Source: Octopus sinensis
Lineage: Eukaryota
NCBI RefSeq assembly: GCF_006345805.1
Contig: NC_043000.1
Location: 33,604,001-33,668,000 of the forward strand
Reading direction: 5' to 3'
DNA length: 64,000 nucleotides
Positions within the stretch are counted from its first letter, which is position 1. Each line of letters begins with the position of its first letter. Positions 1 to 12,970 of this stretch are shown here, one piece after another. Under the pieces are notes generated by a model, which searched no databases, was not told where the DNA came from, and saw only the letters and a list, made by a program, of their open reading frames with translations. The position numbers were made by a program, and so were the translations under genes.

Positions 1-60
1 TTTCATTTGAGGGAAAAAAATAGTTGTCATGCAAACTTGCCAGCACTTTTAACATAGGTC

Positions 61-345
61 TGCATCTATGTATGTGTGTGTGTGTATGTATGTGTATGTA
101 TGTGTGTATGTGTGTGTATGTATGTGTGTGTGTATGTATGCATTTCCATTGAGTCAACCTCATTTCTACATAGCAGACCGTTACATAAACAGACAAAGGT
201 ACATACATACATGCACACTCACACATACATACACACACATACACACATACACATACATACACACACACACATACATAGATACATATACACAGACACATAC
301 ATGCATACATACATATACACATACATGCATACACACGCACGCACT
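61..345. repeat. (TG)/(ATGT)n and (CA)/(TACA)n microsatellite mosaic
   Basis: Directly visible di- and tetranucleotide repeats; explains ORFs 68..403 and 76..360. Confidence 0.95.
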
Positions 346-359
346 ACAAAAACCGAGTA

Positions 360-874
360 AAAAATTTCAGTTATCTCTTTCTTTCACACAGACAGATACA
401 TAAAAGAAGGCCGTTTGTATGAAATAGAGTGAGTATTGTGTATTGGTGTTGGTGGTGGTGGTGGTGGCGATGATAATTATCATTAGGAAAAAGAGTGAGT
501 GAGTGAGGAAGACATATACATAAATTGTGGCGATGATAATTCTCCCTATGATTGCAAACAGATACATCAAAGAAAGCCGCCTGACGACCTTATAAAGGCA
601 AAGTGAAAGGGAGTTGAGGGGAATACATTAAATAACGGGAGTGGACATTGTCAACGTTATAAATGAAGGGGAGTAAGAGAGGGAAAGAAGGAATAGTGTG
701 AGTGAAGAAGATGGCCCCTAGCAACCACACCTTTTAAGATAGGGATTTTCTAGGTAGCCCACGCGCATCGTCACCTCATTCTACATGTCCCTGTAAATTT
801 TGGAGCGAATCGGACGGGTCGTAGTGGCATTGAAAGCGATCCAAGCGGTAAAAACGCATTTCAGTTTTATATAT
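360..874 (-). mobile_element. 5' terminal segment of a second Helitron copy, in tandem with the element at 876-5168
   Basis: 706-874 is a near-identical direct repeat of 4964-5129 (agaagatggcccctagcaaccacacc...gcggtaaaaacgcatttca); upstream modules are also shared. Confidence 0.8.
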
Positions 875-939
875 ACTAGCTGAAGGTGACCCGCTCTACG
901 CGCGGTAAGAGTGTGGTATATATTATAATGTATACAAAT

Positions 940-973
<34 letters not shown>

Positions 974-1857
974 ATATATATATTAATACAGATATATGCA
1001 CTTTATATATATAAAGATTATTATATATACATATTTATATATAGATACACAAACACATATATAAATTAACCCAATAAATATCTGATTCATAATATTTGTT
1101 TCATGATTGAGTGGTGGTTGTGGCGATGATAATTCTCTCTATGAATGCAGACAGACGTGGCGAGTGAGAGTGTGTGAAAGCGCTGTGGAAGGCAGGGAGG
1201 GGGATAACGGACGCTGTGAAACGACGTTATAAAGAGAAAGTGAATGTAAGGGAGGTAGACGCTGTGAAACGACGTTATAGATAGAAAGTAAAAGGAAGGG
1301 AGAAAAGTGAGTGAGTGATGGAGGAAGACAGATACATAAAAGAATGAGAGTGTTGGATGTTTTGTTTGTTGGACCAATGTATTAAGGTAGTATTGTTTTA
1401 TTGTTTTAAAACGAAAGAGGCAATGTGTTTGTTTCAAAAATTAAAAAAATCTGTTATAGTGAATGAAAATTAGAATTCACACCCAGCTCAGTTTTGTAGA
1501 AAGAGTATCACGATGTGAGTTGGGAGTTTGACTGAGAGAGTTTATATGGTGACACATGCCAGTCCTTTCGACACCACCTAAACAATGGAATAGTGTATAA
1601 AATGTAATTAACAACTCATTCACTTTATGAATGTCTTATGTTAGCGAAGAAACAATAACTTGACAAAACCGTTTCATGGAGACGTAGAAGGAATCGGAAA
1701 ATGAGGAATAAAGAGAATGAGTTGGATCAAATGTTTGCAAACATCTGAACCCAATGTTCTTTATGAACCATGTTCTTTTTAATGTGTTTATTTCAAGAAT
1801 GAAGAGATAATGAAGAGGTGCAAAATAAAAAATCAAGCAAAATTTCATGACTTACAA

Positions 1858-3610
1858 TCAGTTTTCTTTTGTCAGAGCCTCCTGATAAACCACGTTCCTT
1901 GTGCGCTCATGATTGCCAAGAATGAAGAGTTTATGTGGATTTCCAACTCGAGAACAGGCTACGTACAATTGACCATGACTGAAAACCGGTTGTGACAGGT
2001 TAATGCCTACAATGTCCAGTGATTGTCCCTGTGACTTGTTGATTGTCATCGCGAAGCATAGTTTTATTGGAAATTGAAAGCGTTTAAACATCAGAGGGTG
2101 AAATACTCATTTTATGTATCATTTTGATTGTTCCTACAAATGGTCCACTCAAAATTTCAGCAGTTATAACATGGCTTTGAATCCTCCTAATAACCATTCG
2201 GGTTCCATTGCATATTTCAGCGCGTTTCCATATTTCTGAGCACCATGATTGGAGCACCAACTTTCAAACACAAATGATGAGGTGGAAGTCCCGGAGGTGT
2301 TAGCTTGTTGAGTAGCTCGGGTGGATATTTGACTGCATCATTCTCATATTTATTTGTATCGATGGACATGAAAGAAACTATCTCACCAGGATTCATATCA
2401 AGTACTTGTTTATTTGTAGCATGAGCTGTTGTATTATGAGGCGATAGAATAGCTCTTGCTCTTAGCCAATCGAGATCCTGGAAGTTGGTTTCGACGTCAG
2501 GTAAAACGGCTCTTATAAGTTCTTCTACATTTGGAACGAAATTCCCAAAAGGCAACCGAATATGCTCATCATCAACGAAAGGCAAAACTCCATCACCAAG
2601 ATCTAATAGGTGTTTTGCGAAAGCCTCAGACTCCACATCACCATGTAGGTGGACTGTCATGTTTGTTTGAAGATGGCGACTGATAACACTGTGCCACACA
2701 AAAGAATGCTTTATACATGCATTAACCTCATCAGCTCTAGTGCCTGCTCGGACAACAGGAAGAGTTTGTCGAAAATCTCCTGCCATGAGAAACGTAGCTC
2801 CACCCATTATTTTTGTATTGTGACGCAAATCTTGGAGAGTTCTGTCAAGAGCCTCAAACATGGCCTTATTACTCATTGTAGCCTCATCCCAAATAAAAAG
2901 ACTGCATTCACGAAGAAGTCTTGCTCTTGAGGAACTACGATCTATATTACATATAGGATTATCTTTCTTTCCAATGTCCATGGGCAATTTGAATGCACTA
3001 TGTGCCGTACGGCGCCTTGAAGCAGTGTCGCTGCAATACCACTTGAGGCACATGCAATGGCAAATCGACGTTCAGCGCGCAGCTTTGCGAGAATCAAATT
3101 GATAACGAAAGTTTTACCAGTACCACCTGGAGCATTCAAAAAGAAAAGCTTTCCTTGGTTCAATCTAACGCTGTCAATAATTTCATTATAACTCTCTCTT
3201 TGTTCAGGCAAAAGTCTTGGTTCATCTCGCGTAATTGTTTCCGTCAATTCGGCAATGTTGTAGTTGTTTTCTGACATGTATTCAACATCCAAAGGCGCTT
3301 CATGATGGACAGGTGTTGGCAGATGGAATTCACTTAAACCGCGTATAACATAGTGTCTGATGTGTCTGTCCATGTCGATTAATGCCTCATTATAAACATC
3401 GTCGTTGCCATCACGTTGCGCTAAATTAGCCTGTATGTCCTTTGATAGGCTCTGTCTGAACGATTCCCAAAGGTTAAGAGGGTTGCTGGGATTACAGTGG
3501 ATTAATATGCTACAAAACAATCGACGCATTTGCCATGGCAGTTTACAATTTGATGCCTCTGCTAATGTCCTGTGTAAGTGGTCGTCATTGAGAAGAAGTC
3601 CGCGCCTCAA
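1858..3610 (-). pseudogene. Helitron Pif1-like (SF1B) helicase domain, frameshifted
   Basis: Motifs LFFLNAPGGTGKT (Walker A), ASSGIAATLL, IWDEATM, AGDFRQTLPVV, AILSPHN, FPIKLCFAMTINKSQGQSL and FSHGQLYVACSRV across ORFs 2942..3610, 2217..3053 and 1858..2091. Confidence 0.95.
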
Positions 3611-4330
3611 ACATGCTTTCCTGTAAGTGGCGCAGATGATACCATCAACCGTGCGAAGATCAGCAAAAGACTTCGGTCCAGTAACTACTGAAGTAGCATT
3701 TCAAAAAGATTTCCTGTTTGGTAGGATGGATATTATACACACGCCCAATGACGTTCTTCCTAGAAACACCGGGCCAATTGTCAAGTTCTGTTCCATGTGA
3801 CCTGCGCTTCCAATTATTGTTGTTGTATGTGTAATATTCCGGTACTTCAGGGTAAATGAGAGTAGCAGCAAACTCATCAACTGAACACAATTTAAAAACG
3901 CTCTAAGCGTAGTCCCTTTTGGATTTTCAATGAGTTGACGTGCATTTTTCTCTGTGAAGTAAACCAGCTGTCTCTTCTGTAAATGAACATTCAGGTGGAA
4001 AACTGATGGTGAGCTTAGATGAATCTCGTATCAAAAAATGCGCCACGCTGCTTAATTGGAGGATACATACCTACCCCAAACGAATTGTTTAATTTCGTCA
4101 TGTCTAAGGTCTTCATCACTGAACATAAACACGGCCATATCATCGCCCTTATTAATGTACTTGCAGAGGTATTGTATGCATCTCACCGAACTGCAGTACT
4201 CAACATTAATGTTTTGGAAAGCAAAGGGTTGAATGGAACGATCCAGGCATTATCAACATCGAATGTTTTTAGCCGTTGTTTAATTGTAGCTGTGCGGCCA
4301 CCCAAACCTGGGTCACATATATGAAAGAGA
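3611..4330 (-). pseudogene. Helitron Rep-helicase linker region; Rep catalytic HUH/Y2 motifs not seen
   Basis: DNAWIVPFNPLLS, YPEVPEYYTY...WKRR and IGRVYNIHP fragments resemble RepHel sequence C-terminal to the Rep domain. Confidence 0.8.
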
Positions 4331-4674
4331 GGACAGGAAAATGAAATATTTTGCAATGTAAACATGATTTGTTTTAAGAGAAAGATTGTCATGATTGTGT
4401 GTTGGTGGTGGCGATGATAATTATCATTAGGAAAAACATAAGTTGTGGCGATGATAATTCTAGACCCCTTTTCACATTTTGATGAAGAGAACCGATTTCA
4501 TTCGGGTCTACTGGGGCCACATATAGGGGGGTGTGTGTGTGTGTGTGTGTGTATGTGTTGTGTGTTGTGTGTGTGTGTGTGTGTGCACACTGTAGAAATT
4601 AAATTAGAGATCAAACCACTACAGGGAAATGAAACAGTAAAAAAACAAAACATAAAAATATAATATTAGATATA

Positions 4675-4720
<46 letters not shown>

Positions 4721-5117
4721 GACAGTTAGACAATAGAATGCGATGGCGATGGGGATGGCGATGTAATATTTGTTACTGTCTATGAACGCTGATAGATACA
4801 TGAGTAAAATGTATAGGAAGGTAAGAAATAAGAGTGAGTGAAATGTTCTTGGAAGAGAGTCAATAGCGACAGAGTGATTTGAGGAAGACTTTACATTAAA
4901 TAACGGTAGTTGCATTGTCAAATGAAGATGAGTGACAGAGTACTGGAGGAAATAGGGTGAGGTAGAAGATGGCCCCTAGCAACCACACCTTTTAAGATAG
5001 GGATTTCTAAGGTAGCCCACGCGCATCGTCACCTCATTCTACATGTCCCTGTAATTTTGGAGCGAATCGGACGGGATTAGTGGCATTGAAAGCGAACCAA
5101 GCGGTAAAAACGCATTT

Positions 5118-5168
<51 letters not shown>

Positions 5169-5171
<3 letters not shown>

Positions 5172-6455
5172 GGTGTTCAATTTAGTTCAATTAAAAGTTC
5201 ACTCGATTGATTGTCAAAATATTGGCTCTCTTTGATTGGCTTGCCATGCCAAATTGATTTTAGCCTCTTACAAGTGTAACGCATTCCTTCGAGGTTTCTT
5301 CTGGAGTAGTAGCCTTGTTATCAGTGCAGAAACGGTCATTTATTGTGGGATCGTATTTTAGATCAGGACTTTGTATGAATGGGCGATGGCTTTACTCTTC
5401 GACCATTGCGTTACCGATTTTAAGAGCGAATATCCAAATGTGTCTCTGCCAACAAAGCAGGTATTTAATGTTCTGATTGAAAAGTTTAGGAAGACGGACA
5501 CAGTTGGAAACAAGAAACACGTTCGCCGACGTAGCCGCCTTTCTGATGATGTTGTGGAAGAAATCCGTCAACGAATTCTTCGCAGTTCCAGGAAATCTAT
5601 GCGAGGTTTGTCTTTTGAAAGTGTATTATCTGTTGGCAGCTGCCATACTGCTCTACATAAGTTGCTGAAATTGTACCCATACCGTGTGTCTTCTTTACAT
5701 GAACTTATTCCTGCTGATTTTACCAAAAGATTGGATTACTACAAATGGTTTCAAGAAAACATGGATGACAACCAACTTGACATGACCTTCTTCAGTGACG
5801 AGGCTTGGATTCACCTATCGGGATACCTAAATTCGCAAAGTACTCGCATCTGGAGTGCTCTCATACCTCACGAGTTAGTTGAATCACCCTTACATGAATA
5901 TTGGTGTACAGATGGCTATCAGCAGGCGAAGAATAGTAGGACCGACTTTTTTCCCCAAGAAACCTTGAATTTGGAACGTTATTGTGAGGTAATTGATCAG
6001 TTTGTGGAGCGGCTAACTGAGAATGAAAAAAGTAATGCATGGCTTCAACAGGACTCAGCAACAGGACATGTTAGTAACTGTTTCACTTACGACAAACTTT
6101 TGAACATAGGTTGACCTCGAAAGGCCTCTGGCCACCCAGATCACCAGACTTAACGCCTCCCGATTTCTTTTTATTCGGCTATATCAATGACGCTGTGTTT
6201 GCAAAGAATCCGCATACACTTGATGTACCGATATTACTGATATTGTCCCAAATATCCCACGTGAGGTTTTGGTTAATGTGTTCCAGAACAAACGTCGTTG
6301 TGTTGACTTATGACAATTTCAACGCCTTTTGTAGTCATTTTGACGCTGTAACTTTTAAATGACTATTTTATAAAAGTAGGTTTGTCCATAATATTGCACA
6401 TTCTTTATAACTATTAATAAATACAATTGAGTCAACTTTTAAGTTGAACACCTTG
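5169..6455 (+). mobile_element. Tc1/mariner element, rosa-like (DD~37-41D) group, near full length, flanked by TA
   Basis: Left TIR cagggtgttcaa..ttaaaagttcactc at 5169; right end gagtcaacttttaagttgaacaccttg ends at 6455; both ends sit in (TA)n. Confidence 0.9.
5371..6362 (+). pseudogene. DDD transposase, frameshifted
   Basis: FFSDEAWIHLSGYLNSQ, WLQQDSAT and LWPPRSPDLTPPDFFLFG; N-terminal HTH-like region; frameshift near 6111. Confidence 0.92.
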
Positions 6456-6818
6456 TATATATATATATATTCCTTCTCCTTCCTAACTTTATCACTAATG
6501 CTTTTTAGAATAACACCTACGCAAATTCTATAAACAAAACATTCAAAGTAAATATTTTCATGAATTGAACAGGGACTGCTACCATCCACTGACCATTCAA
6601 AATACTACTATCATGGCACTCCTAAATTCTTCTTCTTCTTCCTCTTCTCCTCCTCTTCCTTCTTCTTCTTCCCTACCAAGAATTCATCACGACCTCGAAC
6701 CCACAAGAGTAAACAAGAGAGCAGAGACAGGCAGAAACAAGGAAAATGCCACTTGTATTTGATCACTATGCAAATATTCTTTTAAAAAAACTTCTTTTAA
6801 TTCTTCTAAATTTAATTG

Positions 6819-6860
6819 TTACAGTTGAAAAAGTCTCAATGACTGAAACCGGTACTGAAA
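6819..6860 (+). ncRNA. Minimal type I hammerhead ribozyme, U3-A8 core variant
   Basis: ttacag-TTGAAAA-agtc(tcaat)gact-GAA-ACCGGT-A-ctgaaa: stem I 5 of 6 bp, stem II 4 bp, palindromic stem III, GUA cleavage triplet (after 6854). Confidence 0.6.
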
Positions 6861-6949
6861 TGATTTTATAAAATTATTTTAGCATTTTCTATCTTGACTT
6901 TTTTTTTCCATATATATCAACTCGTGTGTTCCTTTTCCTCCTTATAAAT

Positions 6950-7200
6950 ATATATATTGTTGTATTTGGGGATGGTCATGTTGCCAGTTTAGTAGTTTAC
7001 CCAATAAGACACACGCACTATATATCTATATATTTGGTGTTAATTTGCTTTATTATTTTTTTACATTAATCGTATTTCTGCCAGACTTCTTTCGTCACAC
7101 TTCTGTGACCTTATCAGTGGTCCTTTGCTTTCTTCTTTCTTTTTTGTGTGTCTTTCCTTACTAACGATTAGCCATTTTGTATTTTGTATTCCTATTGTAT
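6950..7200. repeat. Dispersed repeat (tattgttgtatttggggatggtcat... family), also in the opposite orientation at ~27030-27355
   Basis: Reverse-complement similarity to aatgaccatcccgaaatacaacaata (~27068-27093) and aatgaccataccgcaatgtaacaata (~27325-27350). Confidence 0.6.
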
Positions 7201-7398
7201 GTGTCTTTATTCGCACATGCATGACCCTTATGCGTGTCTATGTTTAGTAAGTGTGCGTATGTGTGTTGGGGGGAGGAGTGCCTGTATCATCTGTATCCCC
7301 TATTTATACACGTTCGTTTAATTTGTTTTCATTTATTTTTTATTTGTTATTATTTTTTTTGTTTTTATTTCGTTTTGTTTATAATTTATTTAATTTGT

Positions 7399-7449
<51 letters not shown>

Positions 7450-7647
7450 ATGCACGTATAGAGTCACACAGACATATAAATGCATTCCTTTTAGTCTTTC
7501 AAAGTGGCGGGGAAAGGAAGATGGGAACTTCTTGGCCATCCGTCACAAAATGTGTTACTTGTTCCGCAGAGAAAACGACTCATCTCCTTCCCACTTCTGG
7601 AATCTATAGCATAATGGGTTGCTCTCTCTCCCCCCTCCCTCCTTCAC

Positions 7648-7681
<34 letters not shown>

Positions 7682-8059
7682 CATCTATCTATCTATCTGT
7701 ACAGGGTTTTGTGAACAGGTATTAAGAATGCGTATTTGCACAGATTCCCCATTGTGTAATGAATGGTTCCCTGCCAAAGACAATATTCCCAGTGAAATAA
7801 TACTTTATCAAATTATGTTTAAAAATCCATTACATTTTGGTGCCATGTTGCCGAAACACTACAACAGGTTCCACCCTAATCCTGGTAATAGTGACGTCAT
7901 CACTCCCCGATACTCTCTCTGCTACACAACAAGTATTTTATCATTTTTCTGACATAATTTCTTTAGATATTATCGTTTAACTAGTTACATGAACAACATA
8001 CAAAACGGTGGCAGCAGCAGCAGTAGCAGCAGTTCTGCCAACCAGCGTCCCACATCATC

Positions 8060-8338
8060 CACATACATATGCGTGTGTGTGTATATGTATATATACATAC
8101 ATATGCGTGTGTGTGCATATGTATATATATATGCATACATATATGTATATATTTATGTATATATATGAAATGAATATATCTGCATATATTTGTATATATA
8201 TGTATATATATGTTATATATAATATATATAATATATATATATACGTATTATATTTATATACGTATTATATAATATATATATATATATTATTATATTATAT
8301 AGCATATATATATATATATATATACGCATATATATATG

Positions 8339-8403
<65 letters not shown>

Positions 8404-8618
8404 CGTATGTATAGATATGAGTTTTTTAAGCGAAGAAAATCTGCTGTTTCATTGTGTATGAATTGTGTATCTGTGATTTTGGATGTATATGTGCGTATGT
8501 ATAAATGTACATACGTGTATTCATTTATAATTATATATTCATATTTGCGTGTGTGCATGTATGTATATATATATATATATATATATATGTACGCATGCAC
8601 ACGCATATCTATTCAAAC

Positions 8619-8652
<34 letters not shown>

Positions 8653-8660
8653 ATAATTTG
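8060..8660. repeat. (TA)n/(TG)n microsatellite field
   Basis: Directly visible. Confidence 0.95.
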
Positions 8661-8827
8661 TGTTTGAAATACACTCAAATTAATGAGTCCTACACCAAGA
8701 TATCTGTTTTAAATACAACAGTCAAAAGGTAATTGTCAAATTTAATTTGGAAGAAAGAATATCTGCGAAAATCACTCAAGAAAAATTTAACGACCATTAG
8801 TTGAACGTGTGGCATTAAAAGCTGTTT

Positions 8828-8925
8828 GCCGTCGCCTCCTCCTCCCCCTCCTCCTCCTCCCTCTCCTCCTCCTCCCCCTCCTCCGCCTCCTCCTCCTCCG
8901 CCGCCGCCGCCGCCTTCTCCTTCTC
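8828..8925. repeat. (CCT/CCG)n trinucleotide tract
   Basis: Directly visible; gives the poly-Pro ORF artefact. Confidence 0.9.
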
Positions 8926-9171
8926 CACATATGTTTCTCTTATTCTATATACATCATCAAACTATAGACAATATTCGTTGCTCCAACTTGGAAAGCATTA
9001 GCTCTATCCCACCTCCCGCCGCCTCTCTGCTTTTCCGTGAAGGTTAATGCATTCTATTATTCCGTAATTAATTTGATGGGAAGCAATTGTCAACTTTCAT
9101 TTGAACTATGATCAAATATTCTCGGTTTTTTTAAAAATAGAATATTCCTTTAGTTGGTTAGATTATGTCAC

Positions 9172-9275
<104 letters not shown>

Positions 9276-11243
9276 TTCACGTGGAATTAGATGTTTAGAG
9301 TTGGTGTTACTTTGTAATTTTTCTCTATATCTTTTCCGAAAATTCTACGTTTCTAGAAAAAAAAAGAAAAAAAAAAGTAACTGTTTATCTGAATACGCAC
9401 TCATGATCTCTTAAAAAAAGCTAATAGATTACAAAACGACAAGAATCTTTTGTTTGAGTGAAAATCGATTTGATCTGAAGAATCTGAGCCAATTATTCTG
9501 TTATTTTTTTTTCTCTTGTGAAACTAAGCTGCCTGGTTTATACATAAATATTTGGTTAGAGAGCTTAGTGCAACAATAATGATGGATTGAAACAAAACTT
9601 TAAAATCTATTTACAAAAGCTGCAAGTTTTGTCCTACTAGTTCGCTTTATTTCATTTCTGCTACCATGGGGCTTTTATATTTCATGGCTAGCTGTTATCT
9701 ACAAACGGGCATAAACAGTGTATCTGGTCCAAGAGAACACTGTCAGGTTTTCATTGTCCTAACGGAATATTTTTCAATATCTTAATATTTTAATAATTAA
9801 ATCTGTTTTTAATTATAATTGAGGGAAACTCTAATTTTATTCTCCTTTGGTAATGCAAGAATGCAACTTTTGACATCTCAGAGCTGGTCTGACAAAGAAG
9901 TCACGGAATTAGGTTAATCCCTCATCTCTAATTAGTCTTGGTTAATCCACCAATTAAACTGTGACCTGTCTATATCTCACGATATTTGGTAGCGACCAGG
10001 TATTTCTAATACAACCAAAACTCTCTTACTGCTGATATGTTGCAAAGATGAGCAACTTTGCTTTAGTCTCACTAAAGGTACAAGTTACAATGGTTATTAG
10101 CACTGCAACAGGAGAGAATGCATTCCTGTATTCTAATCATTCTCTAATTAGTATCTGGCGTTTTTTGGTTCCCTTACCTGGGGACTGTCCCACACCCCTG
10201 TTGTCTACTTTCGATCTCCACGGTGTTTGCTTTGCTATGGTTCTAAACAACCATCTCCAAGAAGCTTGTATATACTATATACATTGGGTTTGGTCATGAT
10301 ATAGTTTCATGAGACTGCTTTACTTATTCACTTGGATAATCACAAGTCATCTCATCCTTGATATCGACCAGCGAGTCAAATTCACTGACCGTTGATCTTC
10401 AGAAGAAATTAATAACTTTCCTATAGAACTACTTGTAACATCACCAAACTTACAAGACTTTCTCTAATGATCTCTCATCTTGCAGTTTTTCAATTTTTTA
10501 AAGTAAAAAATGTCATTGTTTCTGCTACAAATTTTAAAAGAGAAGTTTATATAAAATTCCACTCCTCATGATTCTCTGAACTCTTCTGCAGTTACTCTGA
10601 TTCCAACTCAGAGTTTCTCTGAAGCATCACAACGAAAATTTCAACAACTCTTATGTTATGATACACAGTTCGTTGCTTCAATACCAAATAACAGTTTACA
10701 TTTTTACCTTATTGGATTTCGCTACGACAAGAAAATCTCCAACTTCGGTAATTGGTTTTTGTCGAAAAGCTAATAATTTGACCAAGTGTAGTTTTGTTGA
10801 TTTTGAATAGTCTATCGTGGAATCAATGTTTGTGAATGTGACATCCCCTTTGGAGCTATGGTAACGGAGGTGTGGGCGGTCAACCCTGCAGAGGTAACAT
10901 AGAACATGTTACCGTGGTAACAGAATCAGCGTCAGTGCCTGCAGTTGTAGTCTAAGACCACAGTCGTTTGTGCATTGTTTTAGTTGGCAGGAATGTATGC
11001 ATTTTATACATGCATATGTTTGAATGTGCATGCGTGTGTTGCTAGTCATTTCAACCTTTGTCGCATAATTTATTGTGTTGACAATTGGGTTCAGGGATAA
11101 GTAACACTTTATACATTTGAAGCAAATTCCCGCATAGAAACTTCTTCGACTCTCAGAAAGTTTGTACGGGATTTTAGATTTATACATTTAGGAAATCTAG
11201 AAAGTGATCTTGCTCGATCACCAGTTAACTTCCATCATGATGT

Positions 11244-11299
<56 letters not shown>

Positions 11300-11309
11300 A
11301 AGTCTCTTC

Positions 11310-12970
11310 TGTTTTTTTTTAATTTTTATAAATCTTCCACTAAGGAAGGAGCCGATTTCCAACAAAGATACAAAGTTCCATCTTTGGGATGTAATTAACA
11401 CAGACAAATTCACATTTAAAACTTGAGAAAAGTCTTGCATATATTTACTGTTCCATTCGCAGATTGCGCTTGTAATGTACGAATTAACCGGTCGATTTCT
11501 CTTTCTGAAAATCCTAGTTTATCCAGATTCTTGTTTAAGCATTTACTTACAAAATCTTGTGCTCCAATTATTATTGGTATGAATATGAATTCATAGTCTG
11601 GATATAGAAGCTGGAGGTTTCGAAGCAGTTCTCCATAGATATCCTCTTTTACTTTGATTTTCAAAGACATATTTATATCTGGAGGGCAGCTGACCTCTAT
11701 GATGGTACACACCTTTGCTCTTCTGTCCCAAACAACAATATCTGACCAGAAGTCTTGATGGAAATATTCCACCAGTATTCCTTGAGTTGGAGTTTATGAA
11801 TGTATTCCATAACAGAGGGATTTTCTAAGTTTATTTCAGGACAGTCTTTTTTGTGGATGGCATTGTAAACTATTTTCGCAACAACATCGTACCGCATAGG
11901 GAAGTAGTACCGTGACGACATTTTAGGACAGCAGCTAATCACATGCATAATGTCTTCCACAGAAGCATGACATAGCCTACACATGCAGTGGCACCTTGGG
12001 GTTACAAGAGCATCACTGTCTCTCTTGTTCATCAGGTACATTGTGGAAATCTCCTGTTCCTGGATTGCAAACGCATAGCCCTCAGAGTGTAATGTGATGT
12101 AGTGGTCTTGTGCCCAATAGAGAGTGCGCTTCGTGTCAGTTCTACTGTCTTCTTCAAGCTTCCGGGCATCATACTCATGCATAGTCTTTTATTTTTGTAT
12201 GCCGAGTACTTTCCATCCAGGTTTTCTCTGAGGCAAGACAGCCCAGCTGTTTTGGGGCTGTATAGGAGATCATCAGGAAGAGAGTGTTTCTTGAGGAGTT
12301 CACTGCCAACTTGTACAATGTTGCTCACTTCACTTTTGAAGATTGCATTTATATATTTATTCTTGCTGCTGTTGTTCAGCAGGTGCTATCTGAGTCATAC
12401 CATACGGCATTCGAAGGCCGTCTGCACTGATCTCAGGCCCCTACCACCTTCATTTCTTCTTAGGTAAAGCCTGTCAGCATCGCTGTTTCTATGGAAATTC
12501 CCAGTTGTTCTCAGGATTTTAAGGGCTTTGATATCTACGGAGTGTATTTCCTCTACATACCAATCAAGTATCCCAAATGTTGGGATCAGCACTGGTACTT
12601 CAAATGCATTGTGGGATATTGTTTTGTTGTAAGAGGAGAGTTCCGACTGCCATATTTTCCTAAGTCTCGTGTAATATTCTCGGGTCACTCTATCTTTTCA
12701 CAGTACCTTCATATGATATATTTTCGTCAATACCCAGGTACTTGTAGCATTCTTTGTGTGGTGTGGGGGAGAGAGAGAGACCGTTGGCGCGCAGGTTTTA
12801 GGTTTGAAGGACTGACTTTCCTCATTCTATAACGAAATATGGATACTTCTTTTGGCCAAATTCCATACCTATATCAGCTGAAAATGTGGTTATCAATTCC
12901 AGTTGTTTTTTGGCATTGTTAATACTTTTAGTATAAAACTTCAGGTCGTCTACAAAGAATGTATGCATGT
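11310..12970 (-). mobile_element. R4/Dong-clade non-LTR retrotransposon, 3' half (RT C-terminus, CCHC knuckle, restriction-like endonuclease), decayed
   Basis: Minus-strand HTFFVDDLKFY (FVDD at 12945-12956), FSADIGMEFG, YKYLGIDE, RLYLRRNEGGRGL, CRLCHASVEDIMHVISCC, DIVVWDRRAKVCTIIEVSCP, GTVNICKTFLKF. Confidence 0.92.

Larger units (their letters stand above)
876..5168 (-). mobile_element. Helitron (RepHel-derived, internally deleted and decayed)
   Basis: On the minus strand the 3' end has a GC hairpin (891-905, ccgctctacgcgcgg) followed by CTAG (876-879) and T; RepHel fragments lie at 1858-4392; the 5' end runs into (TA)n at ~5125-5168. Confidence 0.92.

Noticed and set aside
9900-10900. LTR retrotransposon remnant (tggtagcg PBS-like word at ~9987, integrase-like hints)
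   Set aside because: Only ~8 nt of tRNA complementarity, no paired LTRs and no convincing gag/pol motif in any frame I translated
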